A stretch of DNA of 38,481 nt from a virus (lineage: Duplodnaviria > Caudoviricetes): IMG/VR virus record IMGVR_UViG_3300010222_000009, positions 1-38,481 of that record. The stretch is one strand, 5' to 3'. A program made the position numbers and the translations under genes. Under the pieces are notes generated by a model. The model searched no databases. It was not told the DNA's origin and saw only the letters and a program-made list of their open reading frames with translations. Positions 37,123 to 38,481 of the stretch are shown here, piece after piece; positions within the stretch are counted from its first letter, which is position 1, and each line of letters starts with the position of its first letter.

Positions 37123-38385
37123 CTACTGCTCACCCAAGAGAAAGGCCCGGAGTTCGGGGTTGGCTTGAACCCGGTCCCGGAGCCATTCGATATCGTTGGC
37201 CGTTTCCCCCTCTGCTTGGAGCGCAGAGTCAAAGAGCCGATCATCTTGCTCTCGGACTTGCTCCGCCGCCTCGGGGTCAAGAGCCTGTCCGCAATGGACG
37301 CATACCGGCTCGTTGCGGGGGGTGTCAAGGCCGCATCTGGGACATTCGAGCGGAGCCGTTGGGTCGGTTTCCTCAACGGATACGTCGGCCCCGTGCGCCC
37401 GGGCAATTTCCCGGTCGGTTTCCTCGGAAAACACAGCAATATACCTCGCCGCAATGTCGCTCCCACGTTTCCATCCGTGATGATTTTCGAGATGGACTTG
37501 CGAGACGTTTTGAGCGGCAAGGTACGACGCGCTGGATTTGCGCATGCGCGTAAATGTCGCCTTACTCGGGGGGTTAATGTCGGCTTTCCGGGCCGCGGAG
37601 CGGAGGATTTTCAGTTTCATTTGATAACTGATATCCTCCCCGTTGTTGGTGTTGCACCAAAGCGGAGCATCGGGGTCATCCCGGCGAGGATGGTTCGAGA
37701 GCCATTGTCGGACATGAGGGACGGACGGGATGAGGACAACGGAGCGTTGTCCGGTTTTCCCGTCGAATGTGACGCTCATCCCGTGAGCATGGTCACCAAC
37801 GTCCCCGACAGTCAACTCTCGGATTTCACCGCTCCGAGCCCCGGAATCCCATGCCATAGTGATGAGTGCCTTGTCTCGGAGGAGGTTGCATGCATCAATC
37901 ATCGGGATAATGTGCTCCTCCCATCGGTACATGTCGTTGGGGTCGGGCATCGGCTCGTAGTTATTGGAGGTCGTTGCCGAGATTTGGGAGATGCTGTCCG
38001 GGAGATTCCTGGTATCGTCCGGATCACCGGACGAAAGGTGAGCGGCCAAACGTCGGATGGCAACCCTGTAGTCTCGGTTTGTCTCCTCGGAGTCGAACGT
38101 TCGGTGTATCCAGCGAACGAAATCTTTCGCAACCTCCTCATCATCAAGAGCGTCAACGAGTCGGTGATCGGGGAGTTCATCGGGGTCGTATCGCTCGGAG
38201 TCTCCGGCGAGGATGGTGCAGTGACGGAGGAGCTTGAGATGCCGGTGATTGCTGTAGTCGGACGCTCGGAACCGGAGTTCATCGGAGAACTCGATGAGCG
38301 CCTCCCGGTCGGCGGGAGCCAGTTTCTCGGAGTTCTCGATGCGCTCTCGGAGCGTGTCGATGTGTTCTGTAGTATTGCGCTCCAT
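37123..38385 (-). CDS. int: Tyrosine integrase, SNJ2-like, with C-terminal Zn ribbon
   Basis: RDKALI..DSGARSGE (R), GKTG (K), RMRKS, HHGW, RY catalytic Tyr; CPRC..CVHC; adjacent to att; start taken at MERNTT. Confidence 0.92.
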   Translation of the reverse strand: MERNTTEHIDTLRERIENSEKLAPADREALIEFSDELRFRASDYSNHRHLKLLRHCTILAGDSERYDPDELPDHRLVDALDDEEVAKDFVRWIHRTFDSEETNRDYRVAIRRLAAHLSSGDPDDTRNLPDSISQISATTSNNYEPMPDPNDMYRWEEHIIPMIDACNLLRDKALITMAWDSGARSGEIRELTVGDVGDHAHGMSVTFDGKTGQRSVVLIPSVPHVRQWLSNHPRRDDPDAPLWCNTNNGEDISYQMKLKILRSAARKADINPPSKATFTRMRKSSASYLAAQNVSQVHLENHHGWKRGSDIAARYIAVFSEETDREIARAHGADVSVEETDPTAPLECPRCGLDTPRNEPVCVHCGQALDPEAAEQVREQDDRLFDSALQAEGETANDIEWLRDRVQANPELRAFLLGEQ

Positions 38386-38426
38386 ATACCAGCGTATTAC
38401 TGGCGGCATGTAAACATGCGGTTTAC

Positions 38427-38441
38427 ATCCCTCCACCGGCT
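38427..38441 (+). repeat. att core, right copy
   Basis: ATCCCTCCACCGGCT identical to 40-54. Confidence 0.93.
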
Positions 38442-38481
38442 CTTTCTGTTGGCTTCGACTCTCCTGTGACTCCTGTTCTCC

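Larger units (their letters stand above)
40..38441. mobile_element. Integrated haloarchaeal tailed virus (siphovirus-like provirus), apparently complete
   Basis: Bounded by att direct repeats at a tRNA; integrase at one end; full head/tail gene set with no sheath gene; acidic proteins. Confidence 0.93.

Noticed and set aside
37120-38469. 449-aa plus-strand ORF and other long antisense ORFs (e.g. 6610-7497, 29084-30055)
   Set aside because: Shadow frames of real genes in GC-rich DNA; non-acidic, no motifs
38386-38481. Integrase frame extends through the att core (SSV1-type split integrase?)
   Set aside because: In the reconstructed circle the frame meets TAA (68-70) a few codons past the core, and the full catalytic domain lies inside the provirus; the ATG at 38385 suffices

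Overview
The window is an apparently complete, about 38.4 kb haloarchaeal tailed provirus of siphovirus type (acidic proteome). It is integrated in the 3' end of a host tRNA-Thr(CGT) and bounded by a 15-bp direct repeat, ATCCCTCCACCGGCT (40-54 and 38427-38441). The left arm (+ strand) has a replication module (UvrD-like SF1 helicase, PAPS-reductase-family protein, nuclease/primase-polymerase fusion) and an early accessory operon with MazG and Zn-finger proteins. The right arm (- strand) has TerS, TerL, a portal-MuF fusion, protease/scaffold, MCP, head-tail and tail genes with a -1 frameshift chaperone, tape measure, hub and a PQQ-propeller adhesin. A divergent RHH pair and an SNJ2-like tyrosine integrase lie at the right end. 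Four observations stand out. (1) Two early proteins are built as strings of small modules separated by eight copies of the peptide TDGG, like polyproteins or cassette arrays. (2) A promoter-preceded 64-nt hairpin 29 kb away carries a perfect 19-nt complement of the leader and start codon of the first TDGG gene, a candidate trans-acting antisense immunity RNA. (3) A tRNA-like mini element directly follows that gene. (4) A second structured RNA candidate lies between the portal and protease genes. All assignments come from reading motifs and synteny by eye; no searches were run.
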